64,000 nt of DNA, taken from positions 43,090,001 through 43,154,000 of the forward strand of contig OX597838.1 of assembly GCA_951406725.2 (NCBI GenBank), read 5' to 3'. Shown here piece after piece: positions 26,893 to 39,230 of this stretch. The notes below the pieces were generated by a model. It searched no databases. It had not been told where the DNA came from and saw only the letters and a list, made by a program, of their open reading frames with translations. The stretch comes from Octopus vulgaris (lineage: Eukaryota). Position 1 is the first letter of the stretch; the number at the start of each line of letters is the position of its first letter. Made by a program: the position numbers and the translations under genes.

Positions 26893-27296
26893 CCTAATGA
26901 TGCATCACACATGTATATAACGCTTCCCAAATTTTCAACCTCCATAACTCTAAAAGTATAAGGCATAGCCTGGAAAATATTTGTAGTGATCTGCCATGGA
27001 ACAACCACATCGACAAACATATCGGTAATTACCCACACCTCATTTCTGGTGGAAAGAGGACTCCACATCACAACTCCACCATTTGGGCTATCAGGGCCTC
27101 AAGCTGGAGTTCCTTGCAAGGGTACAAAAATTCTTTGACCCTTGTTGGATGTTAACCTGCTGTTGCTTGTTGTAAAAGGGGCCTCCATAACATTTTAAGC
27201 TTCAGGGCCCCAATATTGCAGATCTGCCACTGCCATCCATATCTATATCTATATATATATATATCCATCTTTTTTCTCTCCTTGTTTTTTCTGTCC

Positions 27297-27332
27297 CTTT
27301 CTGTAGAAGAGCGTAGGCTCGAAATGTAAAAG
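27297..27332 (+). ncRNA. Degenerate minimal hammerhead ribozyme in a short repeat (27265-27423)
   Basis: CTTT-CTGTAGA-A-GAGC-GTAG-GCTC-GAAAT-GTA-AAAG; relatives at 37889 and 41722. Confidence 0.6.
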
Positions 27333-27420
27333 ACTTTTTTCTATTCCTGAGCATTATACTAATACATCTGTTTGTTTTGTACACCACCTGTCTTTGTCTT
27401 TTGTTTTTTTCGTAAACTCT

Positions 27421-27483
<63 letters not shown>

Positions 27484-28199
27484 CAGTATTTAGCAGAAGC
27501 AACAGTGTAATCCAAGGTCTAATAGTTTCCTACGTTGGCACTTTGGTAAGTGAATGAACTTCTTTAAGTTTTTGTCAGCTCACAAGACTTTGATCAATCC
27601 AAATGCTATGGTATAAGACACTTGTCCAAGGTGATTTGTTGTGGAACTGAACCCAAAACCATGTGGTTGGGAAGTGAAATTCTTAACTACACAACCATGT
27701 TTTGCACCCACCAGCTGCATATAAATATGTTACTCTACACCACTGATCACAATGTGCTTCTTCACATTGTTGTAGCTTTCAAATGATACCTCCACCCTCC
27801 CCCACTGGCTAGACAGTTCATCATGGAGATGAACTCATGACGAACCATCATCAAAGACGTTTTCTCAAGAACGTAATGCACCTCCTGGTCTGGGAATTGA
27901 AACCACAATCTTGGACAGTGAGTGCAACACCACTAGGTCACACATGCACACAAACGTAATGTATGCATGTGTGTGTGTGCATGCTCTGCTAACAGTTGGG
28001 TGTGTCACACCTCACTCTACAATTAAGCTTCTCCAAAAATCACCAATGTTGTCAACAAATTATCAGCTAGCATTGTGCCTATGAAGACATGTGGAACAAG
28101 GCGTCCCCCATTTGAAAAGCAGGGGTTACTGACAACACATGCATCCAGCTGTACTACGATGCTTCAATAATGTATGCAGCTAACCCATGCTAGCATGGA

Positions 28200-28427
28200 G
28201 AAAACGGACATAAAAACCAACATATGTATGTGTTTGTGTGTATGTATGTATATATATTACATACACACACACATACACACACATTATAAATATACATAAA
28301 TGATTAGTTACATATATTTATACACATATATTAATATATATATTATACGTACATATAAGTTTGAATATGTATGCATAGATATACACACACACACTCCTAC
28401 ACATTTATAAACACTCCCAACAGATAT

Positions 28428-28469
<42 letters not shown>

Positions 28470-28893
28470 TATATATATGTATATATCACTAGCTATTGGA
28501 TGAATGTAGTGCATAAATGTTTAATAGAGATATGCCTGAATTTAATGTTTCCAGTGCCCTCGTGTTGTGAGATTGTGTATAATATATATATATACATATA
28601 TATACATATATATATATACATATACATATATATATATATACACACACATATATACATATACATACACATATATATATATACATATATATATACATATATA
28701 CATATGTATATACATACATATATATATATATATACACACATATATATATATATACACATATATATATATATATATACACATATATATATATATATATACA
28801 CACATATATATATATATATACACACATATATATATATATACACATATATATATATACATATATACATATATATATATACATATATATATATAC

Positions 28894-28924
<31 letters not shown>

Positions 28925-29001
28925 CATATATATACATATATATATATACATATATACATATATATATACATATATATATACATATATATATACATATATA
29001 C

Positions 29002-29059
<58 letters not shown>

Positions 29060-29120
29060 ATATATGTATACACGCACACACACATATAGATAGATAGATA
29101 TGTTTGTGTGTGTGTGTGAT
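28200..29120. repeat. Large compound (TA)n/(TACA)n microsatellite
   Basis: Visible directly; source of the YI-repeat ORFs. Confidence 0.95.
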
Positions 29121-29590
29121 TTGTACTTCCTACCAAGTGACTAAACGGTTGATAAAACTGACCAGTCGTGTTGACCGGTTCAATCATATATAGATATGTA
29201 GATATGTGTATATATGCCTCAATTTAGCAGGTTATTATTTTGTCTTTGAGTATATCTGTAAATATACGGCATTGCTATTATAATGACGGGCATCTCGTGG
29301 ATGTAAAAGAGGGGAAGAAAGACTGTGTAGGGTGTGTCAACCCCTGAATAATAGAGAGAGGGAAATCCATCCCAGACCAACACAAACAAAACAGAGGGAC
29401 GTTAAGGTCAGATGCCAAACGTAGGTGGACAATCGAGATAAATAAAGCAAAGAGGGGAGGATTACGGCCGAAATGATGATGACCATAACAAACGAGTCGA
29501 CTAATTAATACTAATAACGATGATGATATTAATAATGATGATGATCAACATCGGAGATTGGAACATTTGTGTAAGTTGAAGAGCACTTAC

Positions 29591-30050
29591 CTCTTGGAGG
29601 AGGAATAAATGGTGTTTTTCCGTTTTGCTAGATTTAGATAATTAGGTTCTCCTTTATCGTTAAGTTCCTTTCAGATCGCTCGGCTTTTATATAAGAGCCG
29701 AAACAAACAAATTTCCTCAGACTTTTCATAAGATTCCTCTCCTCTCGATCGTCGCCGTCGTCGTCGTCGTCGTAAGGAAATTATTCCAAAACCACCAGCA
29801 GCAGCAGCAGCAGCAGCAACAACTGCTGATCTACCATTCACTGTTCGTTTTTTACGAACCTACATTCTCTATATATTCTCTCAAATAAAGGAATAGCAGA
29901 ATTATACGAACTTGTCACGTTTTCGGATTCTTTTAATTCCTTCGTGTTTTTTTCTATTATTACGGACACTTTGCATTTAATTTCCTTTTTGTTCTTCTGT
30001 CTTCTTTCTATTTTGCATTCGGAAATTTCGTATCAATAGCGTGTGTGTTT
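29591..30050 (-). other. Candidate non-coding first exon (5' UTR) of a minus-strand gene
   Basis: Consensus donor GAG|GTAAGTG at 29591/29590 in unique CpG-rich DNA (about 29.1-30.5 kb) with (GAC)n and (CTG)n tracts; only short uORFs; upstream boundary is a guess. Confidence 0.5.
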
Positions 30051-30909
30051 GTATATATATATAGACACACGGTCCTGCTAACTTAATCTCCCTGCTCCGT
30101 TATTTCGCCCAACGTTATTAAAACATTGGTTACGAAATTCCGCACTTACGGAAATTTTCAATGTATTACCCACGGTCCGTAATTTCACCCTCACTCGGGA
30201 ATATTTATACAATTTTAAGGACTAAAATCACGATAAGTATATCGGGAAAATATTTTTAGAAAAAAAAATTTGTATCTAATAAAAAAAAAATGCAAAACAT
30301 CAAAGTTTACAAAAGTATTTGGAGAATAATAGAAAAAATTAAGTCGTAAAAAGAAATAATCAAAATAAACAACAAAAAAAACCCCTGCCGCTACATTCTG
30401 TAGTAAAATGTTTCCTTATTAGTTAAGTTGGTACAACAAATAGACTAAACGGAAAGAGCAAATAAATCCTAATTAATTTTAATTACGTATGGGGTGAGGA
30501 GAGAAAAAATAATTAGTTTAATTAATAGTTCTGGAAAAGAAAGGCAGGGGAGACAACCCTGAAAACATTATTTTAATTATAAATAGAATGCTCTTTTGTT
30601 TTTATCATTGGACTGTGGCCATGCTGGGGCTACTACTGTCAAGGTTTAAATGAACGAACCAAAACCAGGATATTTTTATTTCTTTTTTTTAATTATGGTA
30701 TTTATTTTATCAGTTTCTTTAACTAAACTGCTAAGTAGCAGGGATGTAAACAAACCAACGCTGTCCAGTGGCCGGGGAGGGGCAAACACAAAGATATGCA
30801 TGTGCATACATACTTATATACATTCATTATATCCATATATGCATGTATGTATATACATATGTATGTACACGTGTATGTATAAATGGATGGATGTATCTAT
30901 CTATAAATA

Positions 30910-31090
30910 CTTTATTATAAAACCTGCAAAAACATCACACAAAAGCTGCTACTCAGAGTTCCCCATTCTCATTCATTGGACAGTTGTGTGATGTTTTTTG
31001 CGGCTTTTAATAATCAAGCATATTACTCTACCTCTGGTATTTGAGTACTATTTTTTCCCACCTTGTTTCGCAATTATGTGCTTACTCTCG
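30910..31090 (-). mobile_element. Fold-back repeat with decayed hammerhead motif (30946-30983)
   Basis: Inverted arms AAAACATCACACAA / TTGTGTGATGTTTT; minus strand CTGT-CCAATGA...GGAAC-TCTGA-GTA-GCAG; same family as 49783-50030. Confidence 0.6.
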
Positions 31091-31127
31091 AATATATAGC
31101 ATGGAATGGGAAATCCTGAAAAAGATA

Positions 31128-31219
31128 CTCTGTGATGAAGGAGGCAGTATCTAATTTTCAAAATGAAAACACCCTTAAAAATCTATGGATTACTGGTAAC
31201 CCTGAAACGACCATAAGAG
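31128..31219 (+). ncRNA. Decayed long-loop-2 hammerhead motif
   Basis: CTCT-GTGATGA-AGG...CCT-GAAAC-GACC-ATA-AGAG; same layout as 7243 and 41191 with core substitutions. Confidence 0.5.
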
Positions 31220-31705
31220 GATTACCATCAACATCTTACCTTAACATTACTTATTCTCTTGGATTATCTACGAATGTTTTTTGAAAATATTCCAGCCTCA
31301 ATGCTATGATGTTCTTTTATTCGCTCTTCGGAAGACTTTTATTTTATTAACCTTTTTGTCAGGCCATTCTTTTATTCTTCCTGATTTTTACAATGTCGTT
31401 CTCACCTATTTACACTCATCAATTTACATATGTATATTAGATTTTTATATATTTGTATATTCATGAATTTTTAATATTTTAACGACCGATGCATTAGTAT
31501 ATTTTAACGACTGATATGCATCGATCTATGGCAGGATATATGTATAAATAAATTGTCGAACCTTTCTGAAATTCTCTTTAACATTTTTTTATACAGCAGG
31601 ACTGAACCTGAAACCACATGGTTGCAAAGGGAACTCCTTTACTACGCAGTAATACAGTATGGAACAGGTTGAAAGGGTTTTGAGGGTGGCAGCACAGTAA
31701 CAACT

Positions 31706-31745
31706 CCAGTCATGTTTCAGTTTTATTAGACTTCATCAGCATTGT
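31706..31745 (-). ncRNA. Possible decayed hammerhead motif
   Basis: CTGATGA-AGT-CTAATAAA-ACT-GAAAC; cleavage triplet and stem I are poor. Confidence 0.35.
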
Positions 31746-31799
31746 ACAGTCTTTACCTGGCTAATATCACAGGGAAAATATAGGTGCTCTAGTAAACAC

Positions 31800-32125
31800 T
31801 GAAATGGTATATCAGTTGTGACGTCAAGGGTTCCAGTTGATCCAATCAATGGAACAGCCTGCTCGCAAACTTAATGTACAAGTGGCTGAGAACTCCACAG
31901 ACACCTGTACCCTTAATGTAGTTCTTGGCAAGATTCAGCGTGGCACAGACTGTGACAAGCTGGCCCTTTTTGAATTACTGGTACTACTCATTTTTGCCAA
32001 CTGGGTGGAGTGGAGCAATGTGAAATAAAGTGTCTCGTTTAAGGGTGCAATGCGTTGCCACGAATTGAACTGATGACCTAACGATCATGAGCTGAATGCC
32101 CTAACCACTACGCCATGCACCTTCA
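31800..32125 (-). mobile_element. tRNA-derived SINE (Meta/CORE-like domain)
   Basis: Head GCATGGCGTAGTGGTTAG...AGTTCAATTC then GACACTTTATTTCAC.TTGCTCCA; related to 55945-56185. Confidence 0.7.
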
Positions 32126-33879
32126 TTCTGAATGGCAAGACAATTTGAAATAAGAATCAGGGGGAAACTTCTATGGACACGCTCTGCCAAAAATAACCAG
32201 AGATATTCTTTGTAGATATTGCCATAGGTATGCTCTATGCCAGTCACAGGTAAACTGCAGCTCTGAAAGGCATGCCTAATGGAAAATTACCTTCAAGGTT
32301 TTTAGTAATGCTGCCCACCTGATGTTGGACCATGGGAACTGCTTCTGAAAATTGTTTTACCTGATGAGTAAAAATAGTCAGAGACTTGCCCTGCATGAGA
32401 GCCAACAGTTACTTCCCTTGCGTCTCTTGAGCAGAATTGATTATCCTCAGCATCGTTATTTCAAATATCTCTTTTTATGCTGTCATGAGTTGGTTGTATC
32501 TGAAATATGCATTTCATTTTTGGGAGTGGGTTCCCTAAAATCTAATTCAACCATTTTCTCTGTTTTCTTCAATCTTCCATGATTAGCATACAACATTTTT
32601 CACACAAAATAAATTCACATCTCGTATCCATGCCAACACAGTAACTTCTCTGGCTTTCAAGTTTTCTCACCAACCTGCCCGAGACAGCCCCTGGTTCTAA
32701 TGATTCAGACTTTCTCTTTTAAAGTGATTAAAATTTTTAGAAAAAAACTTTCCATTGATATTTCAGGTTGATTTCTGTTCCAAAAAACTTACAAATGACA
32801 AAGATATTTTATCAAATTCTTCTTTATTTCAAAACTGATTGAAACAAACTCAGTGTATTTCAGCTGGTAACAAAAGGTTCAATACCCAGCTGTTCTTATA
32901 ATTCAGTCATGCTCCTCTGAGTTAGACATGAAACCAAGTCTGTGTCACAGATTCTGTTCCTTGTGAACCCTTTTTCAACCTGTCTGAGACTGTTCCTGCT
33001 TCTCTGATGATCACTTCCTCTTTCACTTCAGGTTACTCATTCAAATGTAATAATTAATTCTTCACTTTGGATTGAATTAATCAAGTACCATCTCAATGAC
33101 GGGACTCCCTTTTACACATTTCAGTCATTTTACTGCAGCCATGCTGGAGCACGGCCTTTAGTTGAAGAAATCAACCACAGGACTTATTCTTTGTAAGCCT
33201 AGTACCTATTCTATCAGTCTCTTTTGCTGAACTGCTAAGTTTCAGGGACATAAACATACCAACATAGGTTGTCAAGCGATGGTGGGAGAACAAACACAAA
33301 GACACACACACACACACACACACACATACATGACAAGCTTCTTTCAGTTTCTGTCTACCAAATCCACTCAGAGAGCTTTGGTCGGCCCAGAGCTATAGTA
33401 GAAGACACTTGCTCAAGGTGCCATGCAGTGGGACTGAACCCAGAACCATGTAGTTAAGAAGCAAGCTTCTTACCACACAGCCACACCCGTGACTGCTTAT
33501 TTTTAAAATGGCAATTTAAGGAGGAATATTTGAGCTGGTTTTGGCCAGTTTAAATGTTAAAGAGTCAAAGTGATCGAAGCACCTTCCATCAAAATTCCAT
33601 CAAAATTCCATCAAAATTCCATCCAATTTTCTTTTCAAACACGATTTTCAGAATTGTAAAGTTATTTTACAAGATTCTTCATTTATTTTCGAAATTAATT
33701 GAGTCTTTAATTTGTTTGTTTAATCTCCTTCTCTTGCTGTTCTCAGTGCCAGGTAAGCTGTTAGGTTGCAGACGTTGACAATAACCTCGTTACAATTCAT
33801 AAGAGATGAGGAGGAATTATTTACATCATTTACATTATTTACATTTGACGCATATTTGTCCTCATCTTGTTTGTTATTA

Positions 33880-33923
33880 ACACAACGTTTCGGCTGGTAT
33901 ACACTCCAGCCTTCATCAGGTAT
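33880..33923 (-). ncRNA. Minimal type I hammerhead ribozyme
   Basis: ATAC-CTGATGA-A-GGCTGG-AGTGTATA-CCAGCC-GAAAC-GTT-GTGT: intact core, 6-bp stem II. Confidence 0.8.
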
Positions 33924-33989
33924 CTTTGGGAAATTTCGAACCTGGGTTCTCATTCCTAAGGTATTTTTCGATGTTATTATTATTATTAT

Positions 33990-34470
33990 GTTTTTTCCTT
34001 CTTTCTTCAAATTTTCTTCCATTTCTCGCCGAGTGTTTTCCATACACCTAGGGCAGAGAAGGGCATTGTATGCATTCCTAGATTACACGTGCAAATTCAA
34101 AGATAAAATATGTATTTAAAAATTAATAACTAAATAAATTCATGGATGGATGTTGTTTTCACAAAGACAGTGCTCTTCTCAGTACATGAGCCGTTCCAGT
34201 TAATATGATTTTTTGCACTTCCTGTAGGGATGGTGAGCCTGGAATCATTTTCAAATAGGTTTCAGTACCTTTTTTTATCATTCCTAGAGATCCTACAATC
34301 ACTGGTACTGTAGTCGCCTTGAGATGCCACATTTTTTTCAATTTCCATTTATATTTACTAATCTTGTCAAATTCTTTCGCCGCTATATTGTGATCACAGG
34401 GAATACTCATGTCAATTAATAAACACATCCTTTTTGTCTGATCTTTTATAATAATATCCGGTTTATTGGC

Positions 34471-34472
<2 letters not shown>
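33990..34472 (-). mobile_element. 5'-truncated R4/Dong-like non-LTR retrotransposon inserted in (TAA)n
   Basis: ANKPDIIIKD...CLLIDMSIP...KISKY...PVIVGSLG...VQKIILTGTAHVLRRAL (restriction-like endonuclease); (TAA)n on both sides. Confidence 0.88.
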
Positions 34473-34514
<42 letters not shown>

Positions 34515-35022
34515 CATTATTATTATTATTATTATTATCATCATTATTATTATTATTATTATTATTATCATCATCATTATTATTATTCCGGTCACTGCTT
34601 GGAATCAAACTCGGAATGTTAGGGTTTAGTAGCCCATGCTCTTAACCACTACGTCATATGCCCTAGGTATTGCCCAGGCTTCCAGCAATCATACCCAGGT
34701 TTGCAAAATTTTATGTTACTATGATCTCATATATATATATGTACCATTTATTCTCCATTTGTGATTACATTTTCACTCCAATCCTTCAAATCTATTACAT
34801 GAATACTTTCCACGAAAGACCTTATTAATTGATCGTTGTTGCGCAGTGGTTCCATATGGCCCTTTTGTGGGGTCCACATAAGAATCTGTTGTTAAAATTT
34901 ATCTGCAATAAAACTGGTTGTACTCCTAACCACACACGGAATATTTTAAAATTTTTTTTTTAATGCAATTCCTTATGATATTTACAATGGATGAATAGGT
35001 GTCCTCACCTTGTTTGTTGTTA

Positions 35023-35066
35023 CCACAACATTTCGGCTGGTGTACTCTCCAGCCTTCATCAGGTGT
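35023..35066 (-). ncRNA. Hammerhead motif, left arm of fold-back
   Basis: ACAC-CTGATGA-A-GGCTGG-AGAGTACA-CCAGCC-GAAAT-GTT-GTGG. Confidence 0.7.
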
Positions 35067-35220
35067 CCTGGTGGAATTTTTAAACCAACCCTTTATTTGA
35101 CTAATGGGGTACACTGTTCCCATTCCTCAGATATTATTTTCTGCTGATGTTATTATCTTAGGAATGGGAACAGTGTACCCCATTAGTCAAATAAAGGGTT
35201 GGGTTCAAAATTCCACCAGG

Positions 35221-35265
35221 ACACCTGATGAAGGGTGGAGAGTACACCAGCTGAAATGTTGTGGT
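35221..35265 (+). ncRNA. Hammerhead motif, right arm of fold-back
   Basis: ACAC-CTGATGA-A-GGGTGG-AGAGTACA-CCAGCT-GAAAT-GTT-GTGG. Confidence 0.65.
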
Positions 35266-35965
35266 AACAACAAACAGGGTGAGGGCAAATATCTGTCCAT
35301 TGTGATTAATATACATAAGTCCTCATCTCAATACAATAGGTTTTTTTAAACAGCAAATGGCTATGGGGTCCACTCAGGTCAATTAGAAGCAAAAGGGGTC
35401 CATAGGGGAAATAAAAATGATTGAGAAACACTGCTGTAGTGTATAAGTGACACATCAGTTTGTTAAACAGGAATCTGTGAATAAATATCACAAATACCAT
35501 CTTTTCTTCAACTTGCACTTTGTTTCCGGTTTCTTAGAAATTCTGAGTAACATCCATTAAGTTTCTTCAGCCTTTCTGCATTCCATCGTTTTCCGCTGTT
35601 TTCTGCCAAATAAATTTAATCTCAGTCAACCAGGAACACGTAGGCGCCATTCACATGATCTGTGAACTGGGATAAATACGATCAATGGTGCCACTCATCT
35701 TTCAGAAGTCGTTTCTGCTGATCTTCTCTACTCGTTCTTCAATCATTTATATCATCGTCATCATCGTCACCATCATCAGCAGCAGCAGCGGTGTCATTGT
35801 TGGGGTCATTTCAGCATCTACTTACCCAGGCTTGCATCAATCTGATGGAGCTTAATGAGGCAGTTTTTCTGCAGCTGGATGCCTCTCCTTTTGCTAACAT
35901 TCACCTGTTTGCATTGAGATACAAGCATACACACACACACACATATATATGTGTATATATGTATA

Positions 35966-36003
<38 letters not shown>

Positions 36004-36499
36004 TTATTTATATTATTTACAATCGACGGATGTTTGTCCTCCTCTTGTTTGTTCAGTACAAATATCCGTCAATTGTAAATAATGTACATACTTCCTCATC
36101 TCTTAAATATAGAATTGCATGTATGTATGGCAGTGATTTTACTTGGCTTGACACGTCTCCTCAAGTACAGCAAACCACCACAGCTCCCGGTCCCTTCTCA
36201 TTTCCTCAGTGAGGTCCAGTGCCTGAAGAGTCTGTCTCATCCCATGTCTTCCTATACATAAAACGTCTGTGCACAACAAGCTTCTACTCAGTTTCTGTGT
36301 ACCAGACTCACTCACGAGGCATTGGTAATCCTGGGGTTATAGTACGAAACAGTTGTGCAAGGTGCTACATGGTGGGATTGAACCTGAAACCATGGGGTTG
36401 TGAAGCAGCCTTCTTAACCAAGTTAGCCATGCTTGCAGAATCATATTGCTTGAATCATGGTAAACCATATTACTGTGTATATTGTATTTTATTGGTGAG

Positions 36500-36545
<46 letters not shown>

Positions 36546-36625
36546 TCTCTCATGCCCTTTCCCTCTTTCTCCCCTCTCTCTTTCTCCCTCCCCTCTCACC
36601 CTGTGAAACAATCTAAAAAAAAAAA

Positions 36626-36980
36626 TAATAATGAAACTATTGTATACAGTGCCCAGGTGCACCACAACTTGTCAAAAGTGCGTATAAAGTATATGCAGTA
36701 ATGTAGAAATGTCTGGAAAGCGAACAGTGTATGAGTCAGATACATGCTTGCGTGTGTGTATGGAGGGGGGAAAATCAGGTGTAGTGTTGGTGAATCTCAG
36801 GAAGCATGGAAGTTTTGAAGGATGCAGTGCTCCGACAACTAACAACTGATGCCAGCAGTTTGTTCCATGCTTCAGCAACTCTTAGCGTGAAAAAATGTTT
36901 CCGAAAGTCATGGGAGCTCTGCTGTTTTCTGACTTTGTAAACATGTCCATGGGTGTTAGACGGGTGGAGTTTGAAAAGGT
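36626..36980 (-). mobile_element. CR1-clade LINE 3' end
   Basis: NTHGHVYKVRKQQSSHDFRKHFFTLRVAEAWNKLLASVVSCRSTASFK matches the CR1 ORF2 C-terminus; short (ATT)n tail. Confidence 0.85.
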
Positions 36981-37888
36981 GCTAGAATCCCTTTTCTTTC
37001 TTTCTTCTTTTATTAATACTACGAAGACCTCGAGGACAACCATGACCTTGTTATTGTCAATGTTGTTGGTGGTCGTATCGTGATATTATTTGTATGTTTA
37101 TGCGTACGTCCCTCACAAACTGATCATTTGATTGGCTGAAAGAAATGTATATCATATACCCAGAGCATTACGAAAACCCATTGTAAATTAATTGTACTCC
37201 ACCCAACACACATTCTTCCTGAAAAATATTCAACATTATAATAATTATAAATAATGATCTTGTATAATGGACTTTGAATATAAAATCAGCAACTTAAAGC
37301 TGATGTAAGGTGCAGAAACAAATGTTGCAATCTACTTTTAAAGAATGCTACATTGAGTAACAGAATTTCTTTTTCTTTCTTTTTTTTTTAGTTTGTCTTT
37401 GGTCAGGAAGTGTTATTTCCTATTTGCTTTTAACTCAAAATCAAAAGAAATGACTGCTATTCCCTTCAAACTTTACTTTTCTGACCTGGACATCAATGTT
37501 TTGAAACTGACCTATATTTCCCATTACATTTCAGACAGATTCAGCATCTAAGTTGCTGAAGCAGAAATATCATTATAGCCAATATTTTTCGTGCTGGAGT
37601 GAAGTGAGCTGGGGTGGGCAGGGATTTGTCTGCAGAGTCTGTGGACATGTTTATCAAGAGCCAGGCAAATTAGTTACCAGTGAAGTCACAAATGTAAAGT
37701 AGAATTTTGTCTGAATGCACAATGTCCTTAATGGTCAGCCATGGTCTTCATTGGTCCTGAGTGGACAGCTATCATCATCATCATCATCCCCCCTTCTCTC
37801 TATCTATCTATATATATAGTTCAAATTTAACGAAAAACGAAAGGCAAAGACTGTGTATTAGTTTAACGCTTGGGAAAGATGGAAAAGT

Positions 37889-37924
37889 CTTTTACATTTT
37901 GAGCCTAAGCTCTTCATCAGAAAG
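37889..37924 (-). ncRNA. Decayed minimal hammerhead motif
   Basis: CTTT-CTGATGA-A-GAGC-TTAG-GCTC-AAAAT-GTA-AAAG; GAAAC altered by CpG-type transitions. Confidence 0.6.
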
Positions 37925-38899
37925 GATTAAGAGGAAAAAACAGAGAGAGAATCACACACACACACACCTGAACCACAAAGTGTGTGGCCTTGTGGTTCAG
38001 GTGTTGCACTCACACTCCTTAGACCGTGGGTTGGATTCTTGAACAGGGCAGCATGTTGCTTTTGAGCAAGACACTTCATTCCACGTTGCTCTGTTAGTGA
38101 AGGAGTAACAGAATCATTGATTGGAACATCAACAGAAAAGCTTCATCGTATATCTTCCAGTTCTCCACATTCTGAGTTCAAATCTCACCTGCCTGGAGAA
38201 GGCAATGGGAAACCACCCCAGTTTTCCAGGGTGAGAACGCTACGCATTTTTACCATTTGTCTTCAGTGAGAATTTGTCTGCAAACCAGAACACAGCCAAT
38301 GACTTGTTTACATGTTTGAAAGTGCTTTTAGCATATTCAAACTGGTAATGACAGCAGCATTTGCACTCCTGTATTCATTCTGAGTCTAGTCATGGAGGCC
38401 CATAATCCTGATAGCTCACTTAACCGTGGCAGAGGAGGGTAGAGGTCCTCCTAGGCCCCATGGAAAGTGCTGGTGAAGGTTGACATGCACAGGTTCTGCC
38501 CAAGGACAGATCACCTCTACACTAGATACAAACACAAACAGCACACGTATTTTTTAGTTTCTCTCTCCCAAATACATTCACAAAATCTGGCCCACCTGGA
38601 GCTTTAGTGAAAGACTCTTGCCTAAGATGTCCCCAAGTAAGACTGTGAACTGACGTAGTTGGGAAGTAAGCTTTACTGTAAATCTTGAAATTCAGATTGT
38701 TTTTTGCAAGACTCATCAGCCAGCATCTTCAACTGGCCTCACAAATTTCTCCGATATTTTTTTATTAGAAAATTTATGGAAACGGAGCAGTAAATACCAC
38801 ACAACATGGCAGCCATGATAGTTTTTCACTGCTGAACAGGAAAAGGAGACAAACAAACCATTAATTTGAGATAAAAGCTGCTTATGGAAAACATTGAAG

Positions 38900-39230
38900 A
38901 GGTTAGAGCATCAGGCTCACAATCATGAGGTTGTGAGTTCGATTCCCAGACCAGGCTGTGTGTTGTGTTCTTGAGCAAGACACTTTATTTCACGTTTCTC
39001 CTGTTTACTCAGAACTGTGGAAATGAGTTGCAATGTGATTGGTGCCAAACTTCATCGGCCCCTTTTGCCTTTCCTTTGGATATCATTAGTGGTGTGGAGA
39101 GGGGAGAGGCTGGTATGCATGGGTGACTGCTGGTCTTTATTAACAACAACCTTGCCCAGACTTGTGCCTCAGAGGGGGACTTTCTAGGTGCAATCCCATG
39201 GTCGTCACATGACTGAAGGGGGTCTTTTAA
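38900..39230 (+). mobile_element. tRNA-derived SINE, CpG-decayed copy of the 41863-42201 family
   Basis: Colinear with 41863-42201, with many CG to TG/CA changes. Confidence 0.85.

Larger units (their letters stand above)
23709..27232 (+). mobile_element. Full-length decayed hAT DNA transposon
   Basis: Perfect 13-bp TIRs CAGTGGCAGATCT / AGATCTGCCACTG; 8-bp flanks CCATTTAT / CCATCCAT (6 of 8 identical, TSD-like). Confidence 0.92.
33800..34663 (-). mobile_element. Chimeric SINE: tRNA-like head, (AAT)n spacer and hammerhead-bearing Penelope-like tail, interrupted by an R4/Dong-like insertion
   Basis: Head 34586-34663 has A box TGACGTAGTGG and B box GAGTTTGATTCC; tail 33800-33975 carries the HHR and recurs at 34975-35315 and partly at 36000-36110. 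Confidence 0.65.
34844..35433. mobile_element. hAT-like MITE hosting the HHR fold-back
   Basis: Termini CAGTGGTTC / GAGAAACACTG, internal GGGGTCC motifs, weakly matching 8-bp flanks. Confidence 0.55.

Noticed and set aside
28371-29187. Long ORFs of 176-240 aa (also 4772-5512, 39806-40435, 47786-48332)
   Set aside because: Translations of (TA)n/(CATA)n microsatellites that lack stop codons; not genes.
32357-32375. CTGATGA followed by GTAAAA (also isolated CTGATGA near 62, 11107 and 45672)
   Set aside because: No stem II plus GAAA partner, so not counted as hammerheads.
32400-32610. Faint L1/Tx1-like peptide remnants on minus (also 2480-2700 on plus)
   Set aside because: Too degraded to call without a search.
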